Of a DNA stretch of 64,000 bases, positions 1 to 9,722 are shown piece after piece. Position 1 is the first letter of the stretch; each line of letters starts with the position of its first letter. The notes beneath the pieces are model-generated. The model saw nothing but the letters and a program-made list of their open reading frames with translations. It searched no databases and had not been told where the DNA came from. A program made the translations under genes and the position numbers. The stretch comes from a virus: the IMG/VR virus record IMGVR_UViG_3300027749_000046; one strand, 5' to 3'.

Positions 1-349
1 TTCCCTTAGGTATAATTATGGTGCCGCTGTTGTTCTTTGTCTGGAAGCTCAGGCCTACAGTGGCTTTAGCAGACCCCGCAGATCTCGGAAGATAGTTGAG
101 CTCTTTTGCGTGTGAGAATACGCTGGTCTCTAGCTGAGCAGTGTCTAAGAAAGCCTCGGATGCTACCATGTTGAGATAGAAAGAGTTCAAGTAGGTGTTG
201 TAGGACAGTATGTCCAGCAGCACATTGAAGTTAGAGCCCGTGAAGTCGTAGTCCTTGAAGCGATCTTGCGAGGATAAGTAATTTACCATCGACGCCTTGA
301 GGGTGTCGAAGTCCAACGAGGTGAGGTCTATAGTAGAATTTGCTGCCAT
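1..349 (-). CDS. gp6: Baseplate wedge subunit gp6, 5' part (runs off the window)
   Basis: Manual translation MAANSTIDLTSLDFDTLKASMVNYLSSQDRFKDYDFTGSNFNVLLDILSYNTYLNSFYLNMVASEAFLDTAQ matches the T4-like gp6 N-terminus; follows gp25. Confidence 0.93.
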   Translation of the reverse strand, partial: MAANSTIDLTSLDFDTLKASMVNYLSSQDRFKDYDFTGSNFNVLLDILSYNTYLNSFYLNMVASEAFLDTAQLETSVFSHAKELNYLPRSAGSAKATVGLSFQTKNNSGTIIIPKG

Positions 350-351
350 CT

Positions 352-774
352 TTATCTAACTTTGCTGAGTGATATATCTAGCTGAGCTGTGCGCTGGCTA
401 TTTATTATTGAGAAGAGTATGTTTACATAGTAAGTTTGATCTGCTTCGCTTGGATTAACATAAAGATTAAGCAAATTTGCTCTAGGCTCATAGTTCTTTA
501 TGGTATTAGTTATCTCTGTGTGAAGCGCAAACGAAGTGAGTTCATCGAGCGGCTCGAACAGCAGCTTGTATATGCCGGAGCCTATGTTTGAGTCAAATAG
601 TCTCTCACCTGGAGCAGTCAATATCAAGTTTCTTATGGACTGCTTTATCGCCTCCTCATTGAGCAGACGAGACAAATTACCAGTAACCGGAGAGATATCC
701 AGATTTATAGGAATATCACTGAAGAGCTCTTGTACATTATTGAGTGGAGTAAGCTTATCTGCTCTTGTTGACAT
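352..774 (-). CDS. gp25: Baseplate wedge subunit gp25
   Basis: AIKQSIRNLILT-PGERLF-GS-I-LLFEP and NYEPRA motifs; synteny. Confidence 0.93.
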   Translation of the reverse strand: MSTRADKLTPLNNVQELFSDIPINLDISPVTGNLSRLLNEEAIKQSIRNLILTAPGERLFDSNIGSGIYKLLFEPLDELTSFALHTEITNTIKNYEPRANLLNLYVNPSEADQTYYVNILFSIINSQRTAQLDISLSKVR

Positions 775-777
775 CTC

Positions 778-1083
778 TTATCCTGAGTATATGTTTAGCG
801 AACCAGATGATATAGTCTCACCGTTGTAGCTGTCATTTAGTCTGCCTATACCTAGGCTGTTGACGAATACAGTAGACGAGTTAGTAGAAAGATATACGAT
901 GTGAGGAACGCAGCTATCTCCTGATGGTACATTATGTACTGCGGACGCATCACCATTTCTCACTGCGCCCTTTCCATTGAAGAATACATTTGTAGAACAC
1001 TGGTCAGTAACTGTGGTGGCGTCACAGCCATGATTAGTATTTATACTGTCTGTCCCACTTCCTCTGGCTATCGGCTGACCCAT
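778..1083 (-). CDS. PAAR-repeat spike tip protein (gp5.4-like)
   Basis: PIARG, S-NVFFNGKGAVR-GD, H, STVFVN-GIGR motifs; directly downstream of the gp5 C-terminal gene. Confidence 0.88.
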   Translation of the reverse strand: MGQPIARGSGTDSINTNHGCDATTVTDQCSTNVFFNGKGAVRNGDASAVHNVPSGDSCVPHIVYLSTNSSTVFVNSLGIGRLNDSYNGETISSGSLNIYSG

Positions 1084-1092
1084 ATTACTTCC

Positions 1093-1812
1093 TCACGGGT
1101 TAAAATCAATTCTAGTAGCAACTGCCTTTATACTACCGTCTGTCATAGTTATTGTAGAAGATCCTATGTTGAGTACTATGTTGTCTTTGGTCATTGTGAG
1201 AGTAGATCCACCGACCTTCAGAGTTATCTTGGTCTCACTCTCAAGGAGCATATCGCTCTTGCTGTGAGTAGTCATAGTCTTGCCTATACTCTCAGAGACA
1301 TAGCCCTTGACCTGCGTCTCTATGTCTCCGCCTATCTTGTTGTTATTATCGGTCTTTACGTCTACGTTTAAGTTACCCTTCACGCGAGACATCTGGTTAC
1401 CTCTCACCGTAGAGAATACCTGACCGTCTACAAAGCTCACCGAGTTCTTATGAATAGAAGTAATATGATCGCCGCCGACAGATCTCGTAACGTCACCGAC
1501 TATCTCCTCGTGGACGTCACCTCCAACCAACTCGCGGTAGTTGCCGCTGATCTTAGTATCGCTGTTGTTGTCAACCGTGGTGGTCATGCCGCCTTTGACA
1601 TACTTCATGTCGTTGCCGGTTACGAGCTCGGCTTTTCTTCCATCGGGAGATATCTCATAGTAACTTCCGGTCCTATGGGCTATTCTTATTCTCTCACTTC
1701 CGGGAGTATTATCGAACTCAAGTTCGTGTCCACCCTCATACAGTACTTTATTGTTGTATGGGTACTGGGCGTTGTACTTTGTCTTAGGATGACGTGTATC
1801 TGGAGCTGCCAT
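1093..1812 (-). CDS. gp5: Baseplate spike gp5, C-terminal beta-helix part
   Basis: YPYN-V, GHELEFDNTPGSERIRIAHRTGSYYEI and V-G-D/N beta-helix repeats. Confidence 0.88.
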   Translation of the reverse strand: MAAPDTRHPKTKYNAQYPYNNKVLYEGGHELEFDNTPGSERIRIAHRTGSYYEISPDGRKAELVTGNDMKYVKGGMTTTVDNNSDTKISGNYRELVGGDVHEEIVGDVTRSVGGDHITSIHKNSVSFVDGQVFSTVRGNQMSRVKGNLNVDVKTDNNNKIGGDIETQVKGYVSESIGKTMTTHSKSDMLLESETKITLKVGGSTLTMTKDNIVLNIGSSTITMTDGSIKAVATRIDFNP

Positions 1813-3026
1813 TATCTATTCTTTCTCGGTATATTAGTGGAGAAATTTGTATTTCCAACTTCAACGGATGTAACTACGGCCGAGTTAGTAATTCCATTAG
1901 ATGTTACTTGTATCTTCTGCTGATTTGTAATATTCGGGTTCATCAGATTCAACTGATTATTTCTAGGTATATTGAGAGGTCTGTCAGTTATAGAGAGAAT
2001 ATGAATATTACTCGATGCAGTATTGATGAACACGGCGTTAACTGATACGTCAGAGAGCAGTATTCCTCCCTGCCCGCCGACATTTCCACCGAGTCCACCA
2101 GGCCCGCCGTTGCTACCCAGTGGAAGCGATGGAGGTAGAGGAGGATACAGCGGGGGAGTTGAAGGAGTTGCAGGAGGGTTGGCTGGAACTGCAGGCTGCA
2201 GAACATATCCAGCGCAGCTTAGTGCCCTAGACAAAGCAGAGAATGCGTTCAGCAGTCCGAGGGCATCAGCAATGGCCGCAAATAGAGACTCGATCATGTC
2301 TAGTATCTTACTCATGAAGTCAAAGCTACCAATACCGCGCTTACCAATCGTCGTGGGTAAGTTAAGATCTTTAAAGAGCTCGTCGATGAGTGTCTTAAGA
2401 AGACCGCATATGTTGAGGTTACCTAGTATCTCGTCTATAAGCTTGCTCATGCATATAGAGCTGAGACTTGGTACCACACCACCGCTCAACTCAGCTGCTG
2501 CAGCGTTCGCGAGAGAACTTATAGCTTTAAATGGATCTAGAACTCCATTTAGTAGATTGGTTAGAGACTGGCCGGCTAGAGCGGCGAGACCCGCTAGGTT
2601 ACCTAGGCCGCCTGATGCAGAGCCGATAGGGCCGCATGGATTAGAGCAGAAAGTATTAATCAACGCGTTGTAAAGAGATGAAGTAAGAATGCTCTCGAAC
2701 TCCTTGAGAGCATTCTCAACGCCGCTCAAGAGAGATCCGAGGATATCGCCTATGTTGAATCCATTTGCTAGAGAGCTTATAGCCTGCATGAGATTCTGTA
2801 TGGCGTGCATTGCATTCAGGGCCGCGCGAATGACACCGCTGAGATTACAGGCGTCGAGACTGATTAGAGTATCTAGAAGCTTCTTGCCGTCAAATGGAAC
2901 TGCTCCTATAGTCGCCATAGTTCCAGATAGTAGATTCTGAGCTCCATGCTCGATGATGCTTATCCCGTTTAATATAGGGTTAACATCTTTTCCGCCCATC
3001 AGCGGTAGATCATTCTGCGCTACCAT
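1812..3026 (-). CDS. Hypothetical 404-aa L/G/A/S-rich helical protein inserted between the two gp5 halves
   Basis: Long ORF coupled to the neighbouring genes; hydrophobic helices, Cys pattern, Pro/Gly linker. Confidence 0.7.
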   Translation of the reverse strand: MVAQNDLPLMGGKDVNPILNGISIIEHGAQNLLSGTMATIGAVPFDGKKLLDTLISLDACNLSGVIRAALNAMHAIQNLMQAISSLANGFNIGDILGSLLSGVENALKEFESILTSSLYNALINTFCSNPCGPIGSASGGLGNLAGLAALAGQSLTNLLNGVLDPFKAISSLANAAAAELSGGVVPSLSSICMSKLIDEILGNLNICGLLKTLIDELFKDLNLPTTIGKRGIGSFDFMSKILDMIESLFAAIADALGLLNAFSALSRALSCAGYVLQPAVPANPPATPSTPPLYPPLPPSLPLGSNGGPGGLGGNVGGQGGILLSDVSVNAVFINTASSNIHILSITDRPLNIPRNNQLNLMNPNITNQQKIQVTSNGITNSAVVTSVEVGNTNFSTNIPRKNR

Positions 3027-3035
3027 GTATTAACC

Positions 3036-3389
3036 TCAGGCTTTTATCTGGCCGCCGGTGGCGCCAGAAGTTGCATCTTTGGAAGTATTTGACTTATATA
3101 TCGTGCCGAATACAACTGGTATCTGCTTGTCTTTATCCATCCAGAATCCAACTACAGTGGCTCCCTCTGTGACGAATGTAGGAGAAGTACCAATGTTATT
3201 ATGACTCGAGCTCGTGATAGGAAGCACTGGGTAGGCCCACGGCAGATCTGTATCCGGTAAGTTTGTCTCGTCGTCGTGATAGCCGTAGATTCTAATCTTC
3301 AGCTTACCAGATTGAGTATCATCATTTTTTCTATCTACTACTTTTGCCAAGAACCAATCGAATGTGGTCCCCATGTGTCTCTCTGTCAT
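3036..3389 (-). CDS. gp5: Baseplate spike gp5, N-terminal OB-fold domain as a stand-alone gene
   Basis: WF-AKVVDR-D, G-LKIRIYGYH, LPWA-P-P, EGATVVGFWMD-Q-PVVFG motifs. Confidence 0.88.
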   Translation of the reverse strand: MTERHMGTTFDWFLAKVVDRKNDDTQSGKLKIRIYGYHDDETNLPDTDLPWAYPVLPITSSSHNNIGTSPTFVTEGATVVGFWMDKDKQIPVVFGTIYKSNTSKDATSGATGGQIKA

Positions 3390-4615
3390 TGTGCATCCTC
3401 TTTATAAGATCCCTTGATTCCCTCTATTGCGCACGTGTATCTTGGCTTTGATCTAGGAGGTCCAATCATATGCCTAACTGCGGATATCAAGTACTTTCCC
3501 GATATGAACTTCTCTTCTGAGCTCGCGCCCGTAGAGAAGCCGGGATTAGTTATATTAGACTGGAATCCCATTCCAGCAGTGAGCTCTGAGTCTCCAATAA
3601 CGTGAATCATGAGACTTCCCTGAGCTACTTGAGATAAGAAAGCTCTCTGATTAGCCATCGTATCAGGTAAGAAAGTATCTGGCTTATGACTGTCTATTGG
3701 TATAGTGCTGTATACCGCAAAGCTATCGCTATTATCATCAAAGAACTTTTGATTATTAGTCGACTTCATAGCGCCTTCTGCGGAGCTCATTCCAGCCAGC
3801 TTACCACCGCCGTACGGCTGGGTGTCTGTCTTTTCATAGCTCGTGTTGGCTATATTGAACTTTCTCGTTTGAACTTTTGGCTTGAGCAGCGTAGTATCGT
3901 ACTGCTGTGGCTGATTGTAGCCTATTATATTTCTAAATGAGGGCTTGAAGAAGTCACCTCTTACCGTGATGTCGTTGGTGAATACCCTATCGCCGACGTC
4001 AATTTCCTTGAATAACTTCTCTAGGGACTTATAGTGATAGCCCTTTTGATTCTCAAACAAAAGGAAAGCCGATGACTTATCTTCAGAAGATATACTTCTC
4101 TTTCTCATCATATTTATGGCGTCAAAAGGTCTCAGACTCTGTATCAACAGCGGCTGCACTCCCTTGGTCTCCTGCACGTCGATGCTCTTCTGAGTCTTAA
4201 GCTGATTTGTGAGTACGTCCTTGACCATGTTTGATATATTCGTGTTGTACGACTTCGTCATGTGCGTGAACTTATTCTTCTGAACTTCTTTAGAAGCGCA
4301 CACGAGGGTATAAGATCTCGATTGGAGGGTTACTTCTGAAACGCTGTTCTTCATTGATATGAGAGCAAACTCGTATTTTGCAGAGCTCTTTCCAGGCGTC
4401 TTAAATTCTAAGGTTACCGTCTCACCGCCGACGAGAGGCAGAATACTCGCCATGTTGCTGTTGTCTCTTATAGAGATCTCGGCGTATATTCCAGGAAAGA
4501 ATATTGACTCGTACACAGACATAAACAACAGGAGCTCAGTTGCATTGACAGTCCCATTTTTGGACTTAAGACTGATGGTGTCTATCTCCACTTCACCTTC
4601 TACGGCTGGCATCAT
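3386..4615 (-). CDS. Baseplate hub protein (gp27-like)
   Basis: YESIF, LPLVGGE, FLLFEN-GYHY-SLE-L, SGKYLISAVRH motifs; located between gp53 and gp5. Confidence 0.75.
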   Translation of the reverse strand: MMPAVEGEVEIDTISLKSKNGTVNATELLLFMSVYESIFFPGIYAEISIRDNSNMASILPLVGGETVTLEFKTPGKSSAKYEFALISMKNSVSEVTLQSRSYTLVCASKEVQKNKFTHMTKSYNTNISNMVKDVLTNQLKTQKSIDVQETKGVQPLLIQSLRPFDAINMMRKRSISSEDKSSAFLLFENQKGYHYKSLEKLFKEIDVGDRVFTNDITVRGDFFKPSFRNIIGYNQPQQYDTTLLKPKVQTRKFNIANTSYEKTDTQPYGGGKLAGMSSAEGAMKSTNNQKFFDDNSDSFAVYSTIPIDSHKPDTFLPDTMANQRAFLSQVAQGSLMIHVIGDSELTAGMGFQSNITNPGFSTGASSEEKFISGKYLISAVRHMIGPPRSKPRYTCAIEGIKGSYKEDAQ

Positions 4616-4616
4616 A

Positions 4617-5528
4617 TCAAGAGAGCTCCGCTTTTAAGTTCTTTGTTACACTATTATATAGACTCTTGTCTAGGACTTTAACTGTATTCTTATCGCTGTT
4701 CTTTTCTGTCTCATAGTCATACGCGTATACCGGCGCCCAGTATGTGTACTCTCCCTGATTTATACTCCATATCGGCGTGGTATTTGCTACTGTTATACTC
4801 TGGGTGTAGCCAGAAGACAACCCATTTATATTCATGCCGGTCGTTATAGAAGCAGTAGACAAGTTGTTCTTGAGAGTTACCACCGTGCTGTTCGAGTAGA
4901 CTACCTCTCCAGTTCCAATTAAATTTACGTTAGAAGAATCATACACCTTGGCTAACTCGCCTGCGGTATAAGAAGTACCGGTGTTCGACGCGTTCACGCC
5001 ATATGTAACTACGTAGTTTGTAGTTGAAATGAGCTCTTCTGGCTTTCTCTCGTAGTATATTATTTTCTCAAAGTTATCAAAAACTGGTCTCCAGTACTTC
5101 TTTAGATCTACCGGAATGACAGTACCGTTCATCACGACACCTACGTCGAGAAGATCATAGGCAGCTTTATCTATTCTTCTCTCGTCCTCGTACCAGTTAG
5201 ATCTGAAGAAAAGTATCTTCTGCTGTGATATCTCTATGCTTCCATACTTGTCTATTAGATAAGAGTTTAATGTATCTTGACTCAGCTTCCAGTCGTAGTA
5301 GGGATCTACGACTCCATTTGACATGTATATAATCCAAGATGCATAAGCGTCTTGATAGTACTTCTCGGCTATATAGTCTGGTCTCTGATCATTAATTATA
5401 GTATAGTCATAGTAGGTATATGGACTGTACTTTGCCGTCTGAGATATCACGACTCTGCTCAGCAGATTGCGAACTGTATTATTTGCGTATGTTATCTTCT
5501 GAAACTTATCGAAGTACTTCTCAGACAT
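4617..5528 (-). CDS. gp53: Baseplate wedge gp53
   Basis: YF-KF, RPDYIA-KYY, WIIY-N-DPYYDW, KYGS, YDYE-N motifs. Confidence 0.9.
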   Translation of the reverse strand: MSEKYFDKFQKITYANNTVRNLLSRVVISQTAKYSPYTYYDYTIINDQRPDYIAEKYYQDAYASWIIYMSNGVVDPYYDWKLSQDTLNSYLIDKYGSIEISQQKILFFRSNWYEDERRIDKAAYDLLDVGVVMNGTVIPVDLKKYWRPVFDNFEKIIYYERKPEELISTTNYVVTYGVNASNTGTSYTAGELAKVYDSSNVNLIGTGEVVYSNSTVVTLKNNLSTASITTGMNINGLSSGYTQSITVANTTPIWSINQGEYTYWAPVYAYDYETEKNSDKNTVKVLDKSLYNSVTKNLKAELS

Positions 5529-5539
5529 TAATATCTTCC

Positions 5540-6538
5540 TTATTGACCAACTGATTGTATAGCGCTATCCACATTCTGTATTACTCTAGCTCCAAGGGAG
5601 CCCGAGGCGCCTATGTTCTGTTCTGCTCCTTCTATATCGTCTGAAGTCCAGATCTGAACTTCTTGAAATGATATAGAGAGCTCTATTGTAGTCGGCGCAT
5701 TGCTTGTTACAAAGAACGAGGGTGTTGGATTTGGTGAGTAGTTGATGACTATGCCTGTAACTACAGCGGGCTTAAACTTATACATGTTATCGCCTTCTGG
5801 AGACAGCGATATATTGACCATGTCTGGAATAGTGAATATAGGATTACCTGCTACTATAGTTGGAAGGGAGTGTTTCTTAAATGTGTTTATTATATTACGA
5901 AGAGAAGCTGTTTCTTCTATACTCTGCGGATTAAATCTCCACTTGAATGAGTGGGACTTTAGATCCATACCCTTAAACAATAGAGTTAAGTAGGGATTCT
6001 GAGCTACGCCGAGATCTTGAAGTACGGCCCCAGTAAGACCAGGTGCAGCAACTGAAGCAGCTATAATACCACCATATACGCCTAATCCTGCTACGGTAAC
6101 AGCAACATCTTTAGCAATACCCTTATAATCGTATGAGTCGCCAGATCTATAGTGCTCTAGACCGCCGTATTTATTTTCTACTGTATCTAGAAGATAACCG
6201 GCTGCGCCGAGTTCCGTCGCAGAGTAGCTAGGCTTATAACTATCCACTAGATTATTTGGTATTGGAAGAGCCACGCGGGGACCAGAAACTGTTCTAATTG
6301 GATCTTTTGCAGAAGCTCTATTATATGCAACAAAGCTAAAGAGCATCTTATACTTACCAATATCTGATGGAAAGTAGTCAACCGCGCCGCTGCTTGTATT
6401 ATTCACAACTACATTAGGGTCTGAGTTGTTATTATTTTTGTTTATACCGGTATTATACACGGTATTATTATTGGTGGGAGGATTCACCGTTGGCGATTGT
6501 ATATTGTGAGCTGCTAGTGTTATATCGCCCGTGATCAT
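5540..6538 (-). CDS. gp48: Baseplate tail-tube cap gp48
   Basis: LPIPNNL-D-Y, NPYL-LLFKG-LK-HSF-W-F-P-S-EE, NYSPN, P-TIEL-ISFQE motifs. Confidence 0.85.
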   Translation of the reverse strand: MITGDITLAAHNIQSPTVNPPTNNNTVYNTGINKNNNNSDPNVVVNNTSSGAVDYFPSDIGKYKMLFSFVAYNRASAKDPIRTVSGPRVALPIPNNLVDSYKPSYSATELGAAGYLLDTVENKYGGLEHYRSGDSYDYKGIAKDVAVTVAGLGVYGGIIAASVAAPGLTGAVLQDLGVAQNPYLTLLFKGMDLKSHSFKWRFNPQSIEETASLRNIINTFKKHSLPTIVAGNPIFTIPDMVNISLSPEGDNMYKFKPAVVTGIVINYSPNPTPSFFVTSNAPTTIELSISFQEVQIWTSDDIEGAEQNIGASGSLGARVIQNVDSAIQSVGQ

Positions 6539-6562
6539 TCTGGTTCCTTAATAAATAGTGGT

Positions 6563-7003
6563 ATGGCTCATAAAGGATTCTTTAAACCTAGAAACCCCTC
6601 TAAATACAGGGGAAATCCATCTAACATTATTTATCGGTCCGGCTGGGAACTTAAGTTCATGATGTGGCTCGATGAGCATAAAGACGTGTTTGAATGGAGT
6701 TCTGAGGAGTTCTTTATACCCTATCGCAGTCCTGTAGACGGAAGAATACACAGGTACTTTCCGGACTTCTACGTGAAGAAGAAGAGCGCAGACGGTAAAA
6801 TAGAGAGTCTAGTCATAGAGGTAAAACCCCTGCACCAGACGCAAGAGCCAAAGAAGCAGTCTAAGCCCTCGAGAAGATACATCAATGAAGTCATGACTTG
6901 GGGAGTAAATGAATCAAAGTGGAAGGCCGCTAATGAGTACTGTCTAGATCGCGGATGGCAGTTCAGATTAATAACCGAGAGAGAACTAGGAATTAAATTC
7001 TAA
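6563..7003 (+). CDS. gp4: Head completion nuclease gp4 (TnsA-like)
   Basis: NPSKYRG, YRSGWE, WSSEE, HRYFPDF, IEVKP, NESKWKAA motifs. Confidence 0.93.
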   Translation: MAHKGFFKPRNPSKYRGNPSNIIYRSGWELKFMMWLDEHKDVFEWSSEEFFIPYRSPVDGRIHRYFPDFYVKKKSADGKIESLVIEVKPLHQTQEPKKQSKPSRRYINEVMTWGVNESKWKAANEYCLDRGWQFRLITERELGIKF

Positions 7004-7608
7004 TGGCAGAGTATTCATTTCAGTCACTAGCGCAAAAGGGCTCATCGGGAGCAAAGACCCCGAGCTCTATGCAGGCCACCAAGTGGTTTGGTGACGTCGC
7101 GAAGAGCATAAACAACGTCAACATAAGTAAGCTGCAGAAGTCTGAGCCGGGAAGACTCGTAGACAATATAACCAGCAGCTCAATAGGCCGCATGTACTCG
7201 TTCTTCTATGATCCAAAGCTCAAGCACACACTACCCTACTACGACAGGTATCCTCTCGTATTTCCAATCGAGCTCTATAGCGATGGCTTCCTGGGAATAA
7301 ACATGCACTATCTACCGCCGTTTCTACGCGCAAAACTGATGGACGCTCTCTATACTACTATAAATAATACTAAATTCGACGATACGACTAAGATAGTAGT
7401 TTCTTATAATATACTCAATGGCGCTTCTAGATTTAAGTACTTTAAGCCGTGTATAAAGAGATACCTACACAGTCACGTAAAGTCAAAGTACATGGACATA
7501 AGTCCAACACACTGGGATATGGCACTCATGCTGCCGACAGAGAGATTCGTAGGGGCTGACGCTGGAACCGTTCAGGGTGAATCAGCAGACAAGATAAGCA
7601 GGAAGTAA
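7003..7608 (+). CDS. gp2: DNA end protector gp2
   Basis: GRMY-FFYDPK-K-TLPYYD-YPL, GINMHYLPP, KPCIKRYL motifs. Confidence 0.93.
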   Translation: MAEYSFQSLAQKGSSGAKTPSSMQATKWFGDVAKSINNVNISKLQKSEPGRLVDNITSSSIGRMYSFFYDPKLKHTLPYYDRYPLVFPIELYSDGFLGINMHYLPPFLRAKLMDALYTTINNTKFDDTTKIVVSYNILNGASRFKYFKPCIKRYLHSHVKSKYMDISPTHWDMALMLPTERFVGADAGTVQGESADKISRK

Positions 7609-8360
7609 TGCCAGTAAGTATCAACCAGTTCAAGTCAAATCTCCAGCAGGGAGTTCTCGTTCCCAATAGGTTCGAGGTGACTATAACTCCCGGCAGCCGA
7701 GTGTACAATAGTCTCAATAGGGCTGTATTCAATCGCGTGTCCGGCTCAAACATTAGATTCTTTATCAACGGCGTTAATCATCCCGGTATATCAGCTCTAA
7801 CCACAGATACTATGAGATATGGGTATGGTGTGCCGCAGAAGATGCCTTATGGAGTAAGATACACCGACCTATCAGTTTCTGCATTGATAGACAATGACGG
7901 CAAGATTCTAAATATGTTTAGAACTTGGATGAAGATGGTAGTCAACTATGACATACCAGAGAATCAAACTATAAATGATCGCACGGGCGTTAATCCTCAG
8001 CATAATCCATATGAGGTGGCTTATCACGATGAGTACACAACTAATCTCAGAATAAGTGTCTATGATACTAGCGATTTTGTCGTATCTGAGATCAACTTTG
8101 TCGAGGCGTATCCTATATCTATTGGAGACATAGGCCTAAACTGGAATGCAGGTAGTCAAGCTCTACTTTCAGTTACATTTGCCTACAAGTACTGGTATGG
8201 TTCGGGAAACAGCGCGCTTCCTATAAACAACAGTACCGGCAGTATTAAAGTAAGACTTGCTGGAGGTGACCAGCCTCAGCCGTCGAGCGATACCATACCC
8301 TATCCTGGATATAATAAATTAATATCGCCTATTCAGGGAACACCTATACCACCACCTTAA
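7608..8360 (+). CDS. gp54: Baseplate tail-tube initiator gp54-like
   Basis: N-FEV, PG, F-TWM, EAYP-SI, L-VTFAY motifs of the gp19/gp54 fold; synteny. Confidence 0.75.
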   Translation: MPVSINQFKSNLQQGVLVPNRFEVTITPGSRVYNSLNRAVFNRVSGSNIRFFINGVNHPGISALTTDTMRYGYGVPQKMPYGVRYTDLSVSALIDNDGKILNMFRTWMKMVVNYDIPENQTINDRTGVNPQHNPYEVAYHDEYTTNLRISVYDTSDFVVSEINFVEAYPISIGDIGLNWNAGSQALLSVTFAYKYWYGSGNSALPINNSTGSIKVRLAGGDQPQPSSDTIPYPGYNKLISPIQGTPIPPP

Positions 8361-8375
8361 TAATGGAGCTACATA

Positions 8376-9086
8376 ATGCCTCTACCTAAGATTGAGCACC
8401 CAATACTCGAGTGCATACAACCTTCTACAAACAAGCCTATAAAGTATCGTCAGATGCTGGTAAAAGAAGAGAAGATTCTTCTCATGGCAAAAGTATCGGA
8501 CAACATCGCCGACATATACACCAGTATCAAGCAGGTAGTAAACAACTGCGTTCTAGAAGATAAGTTCGATGTAGACATGATACCGATCTTTGATCTTGAG
8601 TTTATCTTTCTAAAGATCAGGGCGGCTTCAGTAGACAACATCGCTAAGATAAGCTTTAAGGATAGCGAGGACGATAAGGTATACGACTTTGAGATTAATC
8701 TCGATGAGATCAAGGTGGTGTTTCCAGATAAGATCGATCGCGTAGTAAAGGTAAACAAGCAGGTCGGCTTTACACTGAACTATCCAAACGGCAAGCAGTA
8801 CGACAACATGGACTTCTTGACTGAGAAAGATAGAGCCTTTGAGCTCATGGTCATCGGCTGCATAGATAAGATCTTTGATGGAGATGAGATCATCGATCCG
8901 ATAACCACTCCTAAAGAAGAGCTCTTTGAGTTCATCGAGAGTCTAGACACAAAGACCTATGATAAAGTCAGAAGCTTCTTATCGTCAGTTCCATCAATCA
9001 GCCATACTCTTAATTATAAGAATTCACTCGGCAATAAAAAAGAGATAGTGCTGAATACGTTAACTGATTTTTTTACGTTTCGTTGA
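8376..9086 (+). CDS. gp26: Baseplate hub assembly protein gp26
   Basis: MPLPKI, YR-LVKEEKILLMA, FDLEFIFLKIRA-SV motifs; C-terminal LTDFF. Confidence 0.92.
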   Translation: MPLPKIEHPILECIQPSTNKPIKYRQMLVKEEKILLMAKVSDNIADIYTSIKQVVNNCVLEDKFDVDMIPIFDLEFIFLKIRAASVDNIAKISFKDSEDDKVYDFEINLDEIKVVFPDKIDRVVKVNKQVGFTLNYPNGKQYDNMDFLTEKDRAFELMVIGCIDKIFDGDEIIDPITTPKEELFEFIESLDTKTYDKVRSFLSSVPSISHTLNYKNSLGNKKEIVLNTLTDFFTFR

Positions 9087-9259
9087 GTCATAATACACTA
9101 GATAATTACTACAAGACTATATTTGCTTTGACTCAACATCATAAATACTCTATTAGTGATTTAGAGAATCTCATAGTATTCGAGAGAGACATATATGTAG
9201 ATATGCTCTCGAAGTATCTAAGAGATCTAGAAGAGAGGCAGAGCAAGAAAAATGGGTAA
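9083..9259 (+). CDS. gp51: Baseplate hub assembly chaperone gp51 (not in the ORF track; no ATG start, possibly expressed by -1 frameshift)
   Basis: Manual translation LSHNTLDNYYKTIFALTQHHKYSISDLENLIVFERDIYVDML matches the T4-like gp51 motif. Confidence 0.85.
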   Translation: MSHNTLDNYYKTIFALTQHHKYSISDLENLIVFERDIYVDMLSKYLRDLEERQSKKNG

Positions 9260-9719
9260 TCCTTTTGTAGACGAAGATGACGCTAACGCATCTCCGACTG
9301 TAGTGCTAAACAGCGCCGTAAGTCCATCTACTATTATGGCTCAGCAGACTGTGCAGATGGCGTCAACTCAGGCCACTGCTCAGGCTCAAGCTTCTGTTGG
9401 TCTGGCTCAAGCAAATATTGACAATAAAGTCGTAGATGCTCAGCTGCAGAAGGAAGATGAGCACTGGGTAAAGTCATATTGGAGACCAGCAATGGGCTGG
9501 CTCTATATGGCTATCAACTTAATGGACTTCATTGTATTTCCCGCCATAAGCATGTTCATTCCGATTGTATATAAGGCATTTGGCGTGCCACTTGGTTATA
9601 CCGCTTGGGTTCCACTGACTCTATCTAACGGTGGATTGATTCATCTTTCGTTTGCTGCTATTCTAGGCGTGGCTGCATACACCCGCGGGCAAGAGAAGCT
9701 AGCAAAAGTGAGCTCATAA
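9252..9719 (+). CDS. Membrane protein, holin-of-3TM (GTA holin)-like
   Basis: WRPAMGWLYM motif, two to three TM helices, C-terminal RGQEK. Confidence 0.6.
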   Translation: MGNPFVDEDDANASPTVVLNSAVSPSTIMAQQTVQMASTQATAQAQASVGLAQANIDNKVVDAQLQKEDEHWVKSYWRPAMGWLYMAINLMDFIVFPAISMFIPIVYKAFGVPLGYTAWVPLTLSNGGLIHLSFAAILGVAAYTRGQEKLAKVSS

Positions 9720-9722
9720 GAC

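Noticed and set aside
3027-3038. Stop-codon readthrough or recoding joining the gp5 pieces
   Set aside because: Two different in-frame stops (TGA and TAA), and core genes elsewhere are intact under the standard code
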